From an uncultured Gemmatimonadales bacterium (lineage in GTDB: Bacteria; Gemmatimonadota; Gemmatimonadetes; Gemmatimonadales; Gemmatimonadaceae): a stretch of 64,000 nucleotides of DNA. Position numbers and translations under genes: made by a program. Location of the stretch: NCBI GenBank assembly GCA_963851265.1, contig CAWKNZ010000005.1, positions 249,612 through 313,611 on the forward strand, given 5' to 3'. Below are positions 9,357-22,823 of the stretch, one piece after another. The notes under the pieces are model-generated. The model had not been told where the DNA came from, ran no database searches, and saw only the letters and a list, made by a program, of their open reading frames with translations. Within the stretch, counting starts at the first letter, position 1. Every line of letters begins with the position of its first letter.

Positions 9357-11273
9357 TCAGTCCGCGCCGGCAGTCAGGTTCGGGTTGTCGGCGTACGCGG
9401 CCTCGATCACGTCCGTGTAGGCGCGGTCGATCACGCGGCGCTTGACCTTCAAGGTCGGCGTCAGCTCGCCGCGCTCGATCGAGAACTCCTGTTCCAGCAG
9501 CACGATCTTCTTCGGCGTCTCGAAGCGCGCGAGCCCGGCGAACTTGCCCTGCACCTCGGCCTCCATCTTCTGCCGCGCGTCCGGGTGCGCGAGCAGGTCG
9601 GCCCGGGTCTTCCACGTGACCCCGTGCGTGCCCGCCCACGGCTCGAGCGTCTCCCAGTTGGGCACGACGAGGATGAGCGGGAACTTGCGGCGGTCGCCGA
9701 TCACGACGGCCTGCGACACGAACGGTGACGACTTCACCGCGTTCTCGATCGGCTGCGGCGCGATGTTCTTGCCCCCGGCCGTGACGATGATGTCCTTCGC
9801 GCGGTCGGTGATGCGGAGGAACCCGTCCTCGAGCCGGCCGATGTCGCCGGTGTTGAACCAGCCCTCCGCGTCGATCGCCTCGCGCGTCGCCTCGGGGTTG
9901 TTGTAGTAGCCCCGCATGACGCTCGGGCCGCGCGTGAGGATCAGCCCGTCCCCCGCCTGCGCCTCGGCATAGGGCGCGATTCGTACCTCCACGCCGTCGA
10001 TCACGCGCCCCACGGTACCGATGCGGAACGCGGCGGGCGCGTTCACGGCGATCACCGGCGACGTCTCGGTGAGGCCGTAGCCCTCCAGGATCGTCAGGCC
10101 GGCGGCGTAGAAGAACTTGTTGATCTCGGGCGAGAGAGGCCCGCCGCCCGAGACGAAGTAGCGCATGCGACCGCCCGTGCGCTCCTGCAGCTTGGAGAAC
10201 ACCAGCTTCTGCGCGAGCGCGTACTGCCACCCGAGCGGGCCCGCCGGCGTGCGGCCCGCGAGCTTCTCGTCCGCCCACCGGTCTGCGACCCGCGTCGCCC
10301 ACTGGAAGATGCGCCACTTCATCGCGCCGCCCGCCCTGGCGTTCTCGAGTACGCGCGCGTGCATCTTCTCGTACAGGCGGGGCACCGACATCGCCATCGT
10401 CGGCCTGACCTCCTGCAGCGCGACCGGCACGTCATCGATCGACGGCACGTAGGCGATGGCCGTGCCCGTCGACCAATACATGTAGTCGCCCATCCGCTCG
10501 AAGATGTGCGAGAGCGGCAGGAAGCTGAGCGCCACGTCGTCACCGCCGAACGGCACCGAGCGGCGGCTCGCCATCACGTTCGCGTGGAAGTTGTCGTGCG
10601 TGAGCATCACGCCCTTGGGCGCGCCCGTCGTACCCGACGTGTAGATCAGCGTCGCGAGGTCGTCGGGGCGCACGGCGAGCGCGTCGCGCTCCCACTCCGC
10701 CCCGCGCGCCGCTTCGAGCGCCGCGCCGCGCGCTTCGAGCTGCGCGAGCGTCAGGTCGCAGCCGTCCGCCGCTGTGGCGTCGATCCCGATCACGATGCGG
10801 AGCGCCGGGCACCGGTCGCGGACCGCGGCCACCTTGGCGGCCTGCGCGGTCGTCGAGACGAACACCGCCACCGCGCCCGAGTCGTTGAGGATGTGCGGCA
10901 GCTGCTCGGCGGGCAGCGTCGGGTAGATCGGCACGTCGGCGAGGCGGCCGGCGAGGCAGCCGTAATCGACGATCGCCCACTCCGGGCGGTTCTCGCACAG
11001 CAGCGCGACGCGTTCGCCGGGCGCGAGCCCGAGCTCGCGCAGGCCTAACGAGACGCGGCGCACGCGCTCCAGCACGGTGCGGTGCGCGATCGGCGTCCAG
11101 CGGCCGTTCTGCTTGTGCAGCATCGCGTCGGCGCGGTCGTAGCGCCGCACCGCGTCGAAGAACAGCTGCGTGACCGTCCCGGGCGCAGGGCGGTCGCCAC
11201 CGCGCGCGGTCTGGCCCGCTGCGGCCGCCGAAGCGGAAGACGCGGATCCCGTCCGCGGGTCCTGTACGAGCAT
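9357..11273 (-). CDS. Long-chain fatty acid-CoA ligase (AMP-forming)
   Basis: YTSGTTGAPKG, EGYGLTE, TGDIG, ELTPTLKVKR. Confidence 0.92.
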   Translation of the reverse strand: MLVQDPRTGSASSASAAAAGQTARGGDRPAPGTVTQLFFDAVRRYDRADAMLHKQNGRWTPIAHRTVLERVRRVSLGLRELGLAPGERVALLCENRPEWAIVDYGCLAGRLADVPIYPTLPAEQLPHILNDSGAVAVFVSTTAQAAKVAAVRDRCPALRIVIGIDATAADGCDLTLAQLEARGAALEAARGAEWERDALAVRPDDLATLIYTSGTTGAPKGVMLTHDNFHANVMASRRSVPFGGDDVALSFLPLSHIFERMGDYMYWSTGTAIAYVPSIDDVPVALQEVRPTMAMSVPRLYEKMHARVLENARAGGAMKWRIFQWATRVADRWADEKLAGRTPAGPLGWQYALAQKLVFSKLQERTGGRMRYFVSGGGPLSPEINKFFYAAGLTILEGYGLTETSPVIAVNAPAAFRIGTVGRVIDGVEVRIAPYAEAQAGDGLILTRGPSVMRGYYNNPEATREAIDAEGWFNTGDIGRLEDGFLRITDRAKDIIVTAGGKNIAPQPIENAVKSSPFVSQAVVIGDRRKFPLILVVPNWETLEPWAGTHGVTWKTRADLLAHPDARQKMEAEVQGKFAGLARFETPKKIVLLEQEFSIERGELTPTLKVKRRVIDRAYTDVIEAAYADNPNLTAGAD

Positions 11274-11386
11274 GGACGCCTTGTGTGACGTGGGTACGGC
11301 GAGAAGCTACGAGGCGAACCGTCGCTGGGGCAGACGGACCCGCCGGCCGCCGAGCGGCGCGGGGGACCGAATCGCCCCGCCCGCGG

Positions 11387-12364
11387 TCACTTCGCGCAAG
11401 CTGTGGTCGTATCGCGGTTGAGGCGGATCGCGAACACGCCGCGGATCGGGCTTCCGCGAACGGGCACCCCGGCCCCGGCAATCACGTCGGCCCGCAACGC
11501 CACGCGGAACGTGGTACCGGCGAAGTAACTCGGGCCGAGGGCTGGAGGACGGATGCGCAGCCGAACGCTCGACGCACCGGTCGACGACGCGGTGGTGTCG
11601 TAGCCGATCACCTGGTCGGCGGCGCCCGAGATCACGGCGATCGCCGGCACGCTGACGCTCGGCGTGAGAGGCACCGTGGGGATCGCGGCCGGCACGCTGT
11701 CGACCGACCACCGGACGTACCACCGCCGCACGGGTACGCGGGTCCCCGCGGAATCGCCGGTCACCAGCACCGTGAACGGCCCCGCCGTGTTGCGGAATCC
11801 GCCGATTATGGTATCGATCGTCTGTACCGACCCGGTCCGCGAATCGGCGCAACTGTAACGCAGCACGGTGTCGGTCGGCGCCGTCGCACTCACGGAGTCG
11901 GCGCGCGGCACGATCTGGATCGTGTCGGCGATCGCGATCGTGCCGAGACGCGCGTACACACGGCCGCTGGACGCGACCCACCGCTTCGTCGCCCGGACCG
12001 CTCCGGTCGCCGTGTCCACGACGAGCGCCGTGTCGGCCACCGCGCCCGCGGTCGTGTCGGGCACCGTGGGCACGTACGAGAACCGGAAGCTGGCCGTCGG
12101 GATCGCGTTGCCCGTCGGGTCGTAGGCGTAGCCGTGCACGCGCACTGGGACCCCGAGCGTGTCGCGCAGCGTGTCCCCGAGCGCCACCGACGGGGGGGGC
12201 GCATCGAGTCGCACGGACGCGATGCCGCCGGGCGCGGCGTCGACCTTCACGCACGCGGTGGCGCCCGCCGCGACGCCGACGGCCGCGGCGATCCCGAGGA
12301 CGGCCAGGGCGCGGCCGCGCCGGCGCGCGGCCGGCGGCGCGGCCGGCCGTGCGCGCCGCGTCAC
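11387..12364 (-). CDS. Hypothetical secreted or lipoprotein, beta-rich
   Basis: Hydrophobic N-terminus ending ATA-C; overlaps the ParA stop. Confidence 0.65.
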   Translation of the reverse strand: MTRRARPAAPPAARRRGRALAVLGIAAAVGVAAGATACVKVDAAPGGIASVRLDAPPPSVALGDTLRDTLGVPVRVHGYAYDPTGNAIPTASFRFSYVPTVPDTTAGAVADTALVVDTATGAVRATKRWVASSGRVYARLGTIAIADTIQIVPRADSVSATAPTDTVLRYSCADSRTGSVQTIDTIIGGFRNTAGPFTVLVTGDSAGTRVPVRRWYVRWSVDSVPAAIPTVPLTPSVSVPAIAVISGAADQVIGYDTTASSTGASSVRLRIRPPALGPSYFAGTTFRVALRADVIAGAGVPVRGSPIRGVFAIRLNRDTTTACAK

Positions 12365-13161
12365 CCGAAGCGCTCCGCGAGCAGCGTCGCGAGGTTCACG
12401 TACGCCTGGCTCGCCGCGTCGGCCGGGTCGCGCAGCACCACGGGCTGCCCCACGGCGAACGCGTCCGCGGCGGCCGGCGACCGCGGAATGACGAGGTCGA
12501 ACACGAGGTGCTGCGGCAGATGGCGCCGCACGTACTGCGCGGTGCGCTCCGCGGCCGGGTTCCCGGCCTCGTACATCGTGAGCAGGATGCCGTCGAGGGT
12601 GAGTTCCTCGTTCACGCGGACGACGTCCTGGATGCCGCGCAGGATCTGCGGCGTCGTCTGCAACGCCAGCGGCTCGGCCTGCAGCGGCACCACCACGTGC
12701 TGGCTCGATTCGAGGACGCGTCGCGTGACGGGGCCGAGCCCCGGCGGCGTGTCGACGATCACGACGTGGCAGCGCTCGCGGGCCTGGGTGAGCAGGTCGC
12801 GCACGACCGTCGTTTCGGCGACGAGTTGCTGGTAGAACGCGTGCTCCGCCTCGTCACTCACGGTGCCGGCGAGCACCACGCGCAGCCACGGGAGTGCGGT
12901 GGGGAGGATGATCTCGCGCAGCGTGCGCTGGCCGGTCAGGTAGTCGGCGAATCCCCACGGGTCGTGTCCGCGCCGCAGGCCCACGCCGTAGCGCACGGAG
13001 CCCTGCGGGTCGGTGTCGACGAGCAGCGTCTTGAGCCCGCGGCGCGCGAATGCGGCCGCGAGATTGACTGCGGTGGTGGTCTTGCCGACGCCTCCCTTCT
13101 GGCTGACCACCGCGAGCACGGTGCCGATGCGGCCCGCCCCGCGGTTCGAAGCAGTGCTCAC
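12361..13161 (-). CDS. ParA/Soj-family ATPase
   Basis: Deviant Walker A QKGGVGKTT, DTDPQG, IVDTPP. Confidence 0.9.
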   Translation of the reverse strand: MSTASNRGAGRIGTVLAVVSQKGGVGKTTTAVNLAAAFARRGLKTLLVDTDPQGSVRYGVGLRRGHDPWGFADYLTGQRTLREIILPTALPWLRVVLAGTVSDEAEHAFYQQLVAETTVVRDLLTQARERCHVVIVDTPPGLGPVTRRVLESSQHVVVPLQAEPLALQTTPQILRGIQDVVRVNEELTLDGILLTMYEAGNPAAERTAQYVRRHLPQHLVFDLVIPRSPAAADAFAVGQPVVLRDPADAASQAYVNLATLLAERFG

Positions 13162-13595
13162 CCGTCGCCGGCCCCGCCCCGCAGTTCGGCCAGCGTCTCG
13201 CGCGCGTGTCGCACCCAGCGCTCGCTCTCGGGGTCGGACTTGGTGCGCGCCAGAAACGCTTCGAGGTGCTCGGCCGCCGCCTCGTCCTCGCCGCGCTTGA
13301 GCAGCAGGAACGCGAGGCCGTAGTGCGCGCCGCCGAGGGCGGGGTCGAGTTCCAACGCGCGGCGGTAGCAGCGAATCGCCTCGTCCTGCTGCCCGGTGCG
13401 ACTGAACGCGATGGCCATGTTCTGCAGCACGCGCTGGTCGTTCGGCCGGTCGCGCAGGGCCAGTCGGTACGACGTGAGCGCGGCGTCGTAGTCTCCCTGC
13501 TTCTCGAGCAGGAGCGCCTCGGTCAGGTAGTCGACACGCCCGGTGCGGGCGTCAGCGTCAGACTTGCCACCTGTAAGGCGGCTCCACCAGGACAT
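13158..13595 (-). CDS. Tetratricopeptide repeat protein
   Basis: Start MSWWSRL inferred; TPR-like helices (AIRCYRRALELDP..AHYGLA). Confidence 0.8.
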   Translation of the reverse strand: MSWWSRLTGGKSDADARTGRVDYLTEALLLEKQGDYDAALTSYRLALRDRPNDQRVLQNMAIAFSRTGQQDEAIRCYRRALELDPALGGAHYGLAFLLLKRGEDEAAAEHLEAFLARTKSDPESERWVRHARETLAELRGGAGDG

Positions 13596-13815
13596 GCGAT
13601 CGAGTGAGCGGGCAGGGGGCGGTCGCGGGGGCGCGGGCCGCCGCCAGCGGAGCGCGGAAGGTAGTCCGGCGTTCGGACCGCTACAACCGGCTGACCCGAA
13701 CCCGCCCGTCTCCGGCCCGCTGTCGACCGCCGGCCGCCAACCTCCCGACGCCAACCGATCGGACCCGACGCGCGCGGGGCGGCGCGGACGCGTCGCGACG
13801 CGCTATCTTCGCCGC

Positions 13816-14334
13816 ATGCCGCGACCCGACCGGATCGACCCCGCCAAGGGCCTGCTCGTCGTCGAGTGGCCGCTGTTCGGCGAGCTGTCGCGCGCGCTCG
13901 CGCTCAAGGTGGCGCGCGAGTTCGACCCGGAACTCGTCGTCGGGGTGGCGACCGCGGGCGTCGTGCCCGCGGCGACGGTGGCGGCGATCCTCGACCGCCC
14001 GTTCGCGAGCATCACGGTCAGCCGACGCTTCCGGGCCGAACGCGTACGCGACACGCCCGCCGTGATCGGCGCCGCTCCGGCCGACGTGCGCGGCGCCCGC
14101 GTCCTCATCGTCGACGAGACGTGCGATTCGGGCGCGACGCTCCGCCTCGCGGTGAGCGCCGTGGTGAACGCCGGCGCCACCACGGTGCGCACGGCGGTCG
14201 CCTTCAAGACGGGGCCCTACATGCCCGACTTCCACGCGCTCGCCACCCAGGCGACGATCGCGCTGCCGTGGGACGTCGAGGTCCTGGTCGACGGCGAGAT
14301 GACGCCCAACCCGGCGTACGAGGGGATGCTCTAG
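13816..14334 (+). CDS. Type I phosphoribosyltransferase
   Basis: VLIVDETCDSGATL PRPP-binding loop; TATCTT 6 nt before the ATG. Confidence 0.85.
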   Translation: MPRPDRIDPAKGLLVVEWPLFGELSRALALKVAREFDPELVVGVATAGVVPAATVAAILDRPFASITVSRRFRAERVRDTPAVIGAAPADVRGARVLIVDETCDSGATLRLAVSAVVNAGATTVRTAVAFKTGPYMPDFHALATQATIALPWDVEVLVDGEMTPNPAYEGML

Positions 14335-14600
14335 ACGCGCCGTCGAAGCCGTAAATGGCTGCGGTGGTGTGCGTGACGCAGGCGTGCGCGGACGTCCGCG
14401 GCAGCCGACACGGTTATGCGGACACGCGCGCACAGACGGTCACGCGCCGTTTGCGCGATCTCGTGCGGGGCGGTATGCTGGCGCGCCCCGCATCCGTGCG
14501 GCTTCGGATGGGCTGCGACTGCCTCGGCGCTCTGCTGTCGCCAGGGCGTCGCGGCGTTACCTCCCGCGTCGTCCGCCCGCGACGATTTCCCACGCGGTCC

Positions 14601-15263
14601 ATGGTTCGCCTCGTATCGCTCACCCCCGACGTCGTCGAAGCGCTCGCCGACCCGGCTTCGTTCGAGCGGCTGACCGGCGCGTCGCTCGGCAACGTCGCCC
14701 GCCAGGCGCGGGATGCCGCGGCGCAGGACGCGGCGCACCGCGCGCGCACCGGCTGCGCGCCCGAGTGGGGTGGGTTCCTCGCCGTCTCCGAGCCGGGTGG
14801 GCAGGTGGTGGGCATCGGCGGCTACGTGGCCGCACCCGACGCGGCTGCCGCCGTCGAGATCGCGTACGGCACCTTCGCATCGTACGAGGGGCGGGGATAC
14901 GCGACCGCAACGGCCGGTGCTCTCCTCGCGCGCGCGGCCGCCTCCGGGCGGGTGCGGTCAGCGTACGCGCACACGCTGCCCGAGGAGAACGCGTCGACAC
15001 ACATCCTGACGCGGCACGGGTTCGCGCGCGTCGGCATCGCGCACGACGCGGACGCGGGGCTCGTGTGGCGGTGGGAGCGGCGGTCGCGCGAGAGCTTGAG
15101 CAGAGCCGCGACGCAGTCGTCGCGCGTTTCCGGGCTGCCCTGGGAGGGTGGCACGCTTAGCGGACGAAGCGCTCGTTGCGCGGCATGGCGACCCGCGGAC
15201 GCGGGTAGAACAGCGCGTCATGCTCGGCGCGACGCGGTGTGGCGGCGTATGCTTTCGGCGTGA
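14601..15263 (+). CDS. RimJ/RimL-like GNAT acetyltransferase; C-terminal tail looks unstructured
   Basis: VEIAYG...YEGRGYAT, ENASTHILTRHGF. Confidence 0.75.
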   Translation: MVRLVSLTPDVVEALADPASFERLTGASLGNVARQARDAAAQDAAHRARTGCAPEWGGFLAVSEPGGQVVGIGGYVAAPDAAAAVEIAYGTFASYEGRGYATATAGALLARAAASGRVRSAYAHTLPEENASTHILTRHGFARVGIAHDADAGLVWRWERRSRESLSRAATQSSRVSGLPWEGGTLSGRSARCAAWRPADAGRTARHARRDAVWRRMLSA

Positions 15264-15561
15264 CTCCCTAGTTCCTGCAAGAGGACGGGCGGTGCCGGGC
15301 GCGGGATGGCGGGGTGGCGCACCGCGATCTAACATCGCGGCGCTCGGATGGACCCGGCCGGGAGCCCCGGCCGGTTCGCCTCGCGCACACGCCGCCATGC
15401 CCCCGGCTTCCGATTCGCCTCTGGATCCCCGCCCGATGCACCGCCGAGGCCCCGCAGCGGCTCGTGCTACGCCGCCCCGCTCAGCGCGAGCCAACGTGGA
15501 CGGCTCCGATCAGCCCCCCGCCGGTGCACGCCGCCCGGAGTGCTACACCTCGCCGGCCCGT

Positions 15562-17307
15562 GTGGGCGCGCCAACCGTTCGCCGCACACTGCGCCTCGTC
15601 GTCGCGCTCACCGCGGCCTGCGCTGGTGGCGCGCGTGGCCCGGCAGTCCCGGGGACGGTGCCGAAGCCCCCGGCGGCCGATGTCGTGATCCGCGGGGGCA
15701 CCATCTACGACGGCTCGGGCGGCGCACCATTCCTCGGCGACGTCGTGATTCGCGGTGACCGCGTGATCGCGGTCGACACCGGCGGCCGCGCGCACCGCCG
15801 CGGCGCGCGCGAGGTCGACGCCCGCGGGCTGGCCGTCGCGCCCGGCTTCGTCAACATGATGAGCGGGCACGAGCCGCTGTTCGTCGACGGCCGCGCGCAG
15901 AGCGACGTGCGGCAGGGCGTCACGCTCGAGGTGATGGGCGAGGGGGAGTCGATCGGGCCACTCACCGACAGCATGAAGGTGCTCGCGCGCGCGCAGCAGG
16001 GCGACCTGACGTTCCCCGTCACCTGGACCACGCTCGGCGAGGGGCTCGACGCGCTCGTCGCGCACGGCGTCGCGCCCAACGTCGCCTCCTTCGTCGGCGC
16101 GGCCACCGTGCGCGAACACGAGGTGGGCTGGGACGACCGCGCGCCCAGCGCCGCCGAGCTGGCGCGCATGCAGGCGGTCGTGCGGCGGGCGATGGACGAG
16201 GGCGCGCTCGGGGTCGCGAGCGCCCTGATCTACGCGCCCGGGGTCTACGCGAAGACGCCCGAACTCGTCGCGCTCGCGCGGGCCGCGGCGCCGTCCGGTG
16301 GGATGTACATCTCGCATATGCGGAGCGAGGGCGCGCGGCTCCTGGAGGCCACGGACGAACTGCTCACCATAGCGCGCGAGGCCGGGACGCGGGCCGAGAT
16401 CTACCACCTCAAGGCCGCGGGGCAGGCGAACTGGGGGAAGCTCGACGCCGTGGTCGCCAAGGTCGATTCGGCGCGGCGCGCCGGCGCCCACGTCACGGCG
16501 GACATGTACACGTACACCGCCGGCGCGACGGGGCTCGACGCCGCGATGCCGCCGTGGGTGCAAGAGGGCGGGTACGCCGCGTGGGCGCAGCGCCTGCGGG
16601 ACCCGGCGATCCGCGCCCGCGTGAAGCGCGAGATGGACACCCCGACCGCCGAGTGGGAGAATCTCTATCTCGGGGCGGGCTCGCCCGAGCGCGTCCTGCT
16701 CGTCGGATTCAAGGCCGACTCGCTCAAGCAGTACACGGGGAAGACGCTGGCCGAGGTGGCGCGGCTCCGCGGGACGTCGCCGGAGGAGGCCGCGATGGAC
16801 CTCGTCGCGAAGGACGGGAGCCGCGTCGGCACGGTGTACTTCCTCATGAAGGAGGAGAACGTTCGGCAGGAGGTCGCGCTGCCCTGGGTGAGCTTCGGCT
16901 CCGACGAGGGCGCGTATACGGCCGCGGGCGTGTTCCTGAAGTCGAACGCGCACCCGCGGGCGTACGGCAACGTCGCCAGGCTGTTAGGCCGGTACGTGCG
17001 CGACGAGCGCCTCGTCCCGCTCGCCGAGGCCGTGCGGCGGCTGAGCGCGCTGCCGGCGGAGAACCTGCGGCTGCGCGACCGCGGCCGGCTCGCGCCCGGG
17101 TACTTCGCCGACGTGGTGGTGTTCGACCCGGCGACGGTCCGCGACCACGCGACCTTCGAGCACCCGCACCAGTACGCGACCGGCGTGCGCGACGTGTTCG
17201 TGAACGGCACGGCCGTGCTCGCGGGGGGCGAGCCGACCGGGGCCCTGCCGGGCCGTGTCGTGCGCGGGCCGGGGTGGACGGGCTGGCGCCGCGACGCAGG
17301 CCCCTGA
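15562..17307 (+). CDS. N-acyl-D-amino acid deacylase / amidohydrolase 3 family, probably exported (start approximate)
   Basis: IRGGTIYDGSG, VAPGFV, SHMRSE, HPRAYG, RGRLAPGYFADVVVFDP. Confidence 0.85.
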   Translation: MGAPTVRRTLRLVVALTAACAGGARGPAVPGTVPKPPAADVVIRGGTIYDGSGGAPFLGDVVIRGDRVIAVDTGGRAHRRGAREVDARGLAVAPGFVNMMSGHEPLFVDGRAQSDVRQGVTLEVMGEGESIGPLTDSMKVLARAQQGDLTFPVTWTTLGEGLDALVAHGVAPNVASFVGAATVREHEVGWDDRAPSAAELARMQAVVRRAMDEGALGVASALIYAPGVYAKTPELVALARAAAPSGGMYISHMRSEGARLLEATDELLTIAREAGTRAEIYHLKAAGQANWGKLDAVVAKVDSARRAGAHVTADMYTYTAGATGLDAAMPPWVQEGGYAAWAQRLRDPAIRARVKREMDTPTAEWENLYLGAGSPERVLLVGFKADSLKQYTGKTLAEVARLRGTSPEEAAMDLVAKDGSRVGTVYFLMKEENVRQEVALPWVSFGSDEGAYTAAGVFLKSNAHPRAYGNVARLLGRYVRDERLVPLAEAVRRLSALPAENLRLRDRGRLAPGYFADVVVFDPATVRDHATFEHPHQYATGVRDVFVNGTAVLAGGEPTGALPGRVVRGPGWTGWRRDAGP

Positions 17308-17461
17308 GTGCGGCGGGGTGGCGGTGCGGTCCGCCGACCCCGCCGGTGGGGCCGTCCAGCCAACACCGGGTGCGCGCGATCCGTGTTCCGGACCCGTCGC
17401 CCTAGCGACCAACGGCCGGCTGACCGGCGCCGCCGTCGTTCGATCATGCCGCGTAACCGCG

Positions 17462-21044
<3,583 letters not shown>

Positions 21045-21349
21045 CGCGGACCTCAGCGGCGGGCGGGACGCTGCAAGGGGGAGTGACACTGCGGCGCGCG
21101 AAGCACCGCGGCGGAGGAGATACGGCGGACGCCGGTCGCACCCTGCCGCACCCGCGGCGCGATCCTCCGCCAGCACCGCGCGGGCGTTCGGGCCGAACCG
21201 GGTACGTGCAAGACGACGTTCACGACGACGCTCCGGCTACCGCGCGCAGGCCATCGGCGGCCCACGCCAGGCCGGAACGTGGCGCGGCAGGTCAGCAAGT
21301 TCCTTACCACATACCGGGGTACGTCCCCGCGAACGAGGTCGCTCAGGGA

Positions 21350-21952
21350 ATGGCACAGACGACGGGAAGCATGCACCACGCGAGTGCGCCACAGGCGGGC
21401 AGCAACGGGAAGACGACGCCGGGCGAGCCCGGAAACGAGACGAGCGCCGCCGAGCGCGCGACGAAGGCCACCGCGACCAACGATCCCACGTCGACGGCCG
21501 AGAACGCGCGGCCGGTTGCCCGCGCGCGGCAGCTCGTGGGGCAGCTCGCGGCGCTGCCGAAGCTGGCCCGCGCCGCGGAGGCCCGCACCGAATCGGTCGC
21601 CGAGCGCATCGCGCACCGACGCCGGATCGCGCGGGCGACGCTCGACGAGGAATCGAGCGCGGCCGAGACCGACTGGGCGCGGGTCGGCGTCTTCGGCGCC
21701 GGGATCGCGATCGGGGCGCTCATCGGCGCCGGCGCGGCGCTGCTGCTCGCCCCGGCGACGGGGTTCGAGACGCGCACCCGGCTCGCGCACCGCGCGCGCG
21801 ACGTGAAGGACCGGGCGGCCGACCGGTGGGACGACGCGAGCGACGACCTGCGCCACCGCGCCCGCCACGAGGCGCGGCGCGTCAAGCGCGCCGCGATCAA
21901 CTCGCGCTGGGCCGCCGAAGACGCCTGGGAGCAGCGTCGCCGACGCGGCTGA
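21350..21952 (+). CDS. YtxH-domain protein
   Basis: GALIGAGAALLLAPATG.ETR followed by a charged helix. Confidence 0.7.
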   Translation: MAQTTGSMHHASAPQAGSNGKTTPGEPGNETSAAERATKATATNDPTSTAENARPVARARQLVGQLAALPKLARAAEARTESVAERIAHRRRIARATLDEESSAAETDWARVGVFGAGIAIGALIGAGAALLLAPATGFETRTRLAHRARDVKDRAADRWDDASDDLRHRARHEARRVKRAAINSRWAAEDAWEQRRRRG

Positions 21953-21973
21953 GTGCCGCTCGCGGTCGCGCGC

Positions 21974-22759
21974 TCAGCTCGCGCGGCCGCGCAGCGCTTC
22001 GGCGTCGTGCTTGTACTTCGCGTCGTTGAGCTCGCGCGCGGGCGCGGCCGCGATCGCGTCGAGCTGCTCGCGCGCCTTCGCCTTGTCGCCGCGATCGAGG
22101 TACACCTGCGCGAGGTCGAGGCGGTGCGTGATGCGCTGCGGCTCGATCTGCACGGCCTGCTCGAGGTAGCGCTGCGCGTCGTTCCAGTTGGCCGACGAGA
22201 ACACCTGCCCGCCCAGGAAGTTCTTCGCCATGAAGCGCGCGATGCCGCTCAGCCGCATCACCTCGGCGTTCCACATTCCCATGACGTGCAGCGCGCCGGC
22301 GTGGCGCGGATCGTACTTGAGCGCTTCGAGCGCCTGCGTCCGCACGTCCGCGGCGTAGCGGATACGGTCTCGCGCACCGAGCGTTTGCGCGGTGCGGCCG
22401 AGCGCGGTCGCGAGCACGAAGTGGCCCTCCGCCGCGTTCGGCCGCACCGCGACCGCGCGGCGCGCCAGGTCCTCCGCCTGCTTGTAATAGCCGCGCTGCC
22501 GATCCTTGTCCGGCGCAGCCTGGCCCACTTCGATGGTCGCGTATGACGCTTTCGTCAGCGCGTCGTAGTCAGCGGGATCGACCTTGAGCGCCGCCTGGTA
22601 GTGCGCCAGCGCGCCCGTCGGATTCATCTCGCGTTCGCGGTCGCCGATCGCCGTCTCTTCGGCCGCCGTCTGCGCCCGCGCGACCGTCGGCCGTAAGGCG
22701 GGCACGGCGACCGGCGCGACGGCGAGGGCCACGGCGAGCAGAACGGAGTGACGCGACAT
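21974..22759 (-). CDS. Secreted TPR-like protein
   Basis: Signal peptide ending ARA-Q; helical repeats. Confidence 0.75.
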   Translation of the reverse strand: MSRHSVLLAVALAVAPVAVPALRPTVARAQTAAEETAIGDREREMNPTGALAHYQAALKVDPADYDALTKASYATIEVGQAAPDKDRQRGYYKQAEDLARRAVAVRPNAAEGHFVLATALGRTAQTLGARDRIRYAADVRTQALEALKYDPRHAGALHVMGMWNAEVMRLSGIARFMAKNFLGGQVFSSANWNDAQRYLEQAVQIEPQRITHRLDLAQVYLDRGDKAKAREQLDAIAAAPARELNDAKYKHDAEALRGRAS

Positions 22760-22823
22760 CAGTAGTACGGGTGCGGGTGCATATGTTGGGCGGGCAGTGT
22801 AGAGCTACCCCACATCCCACGCA

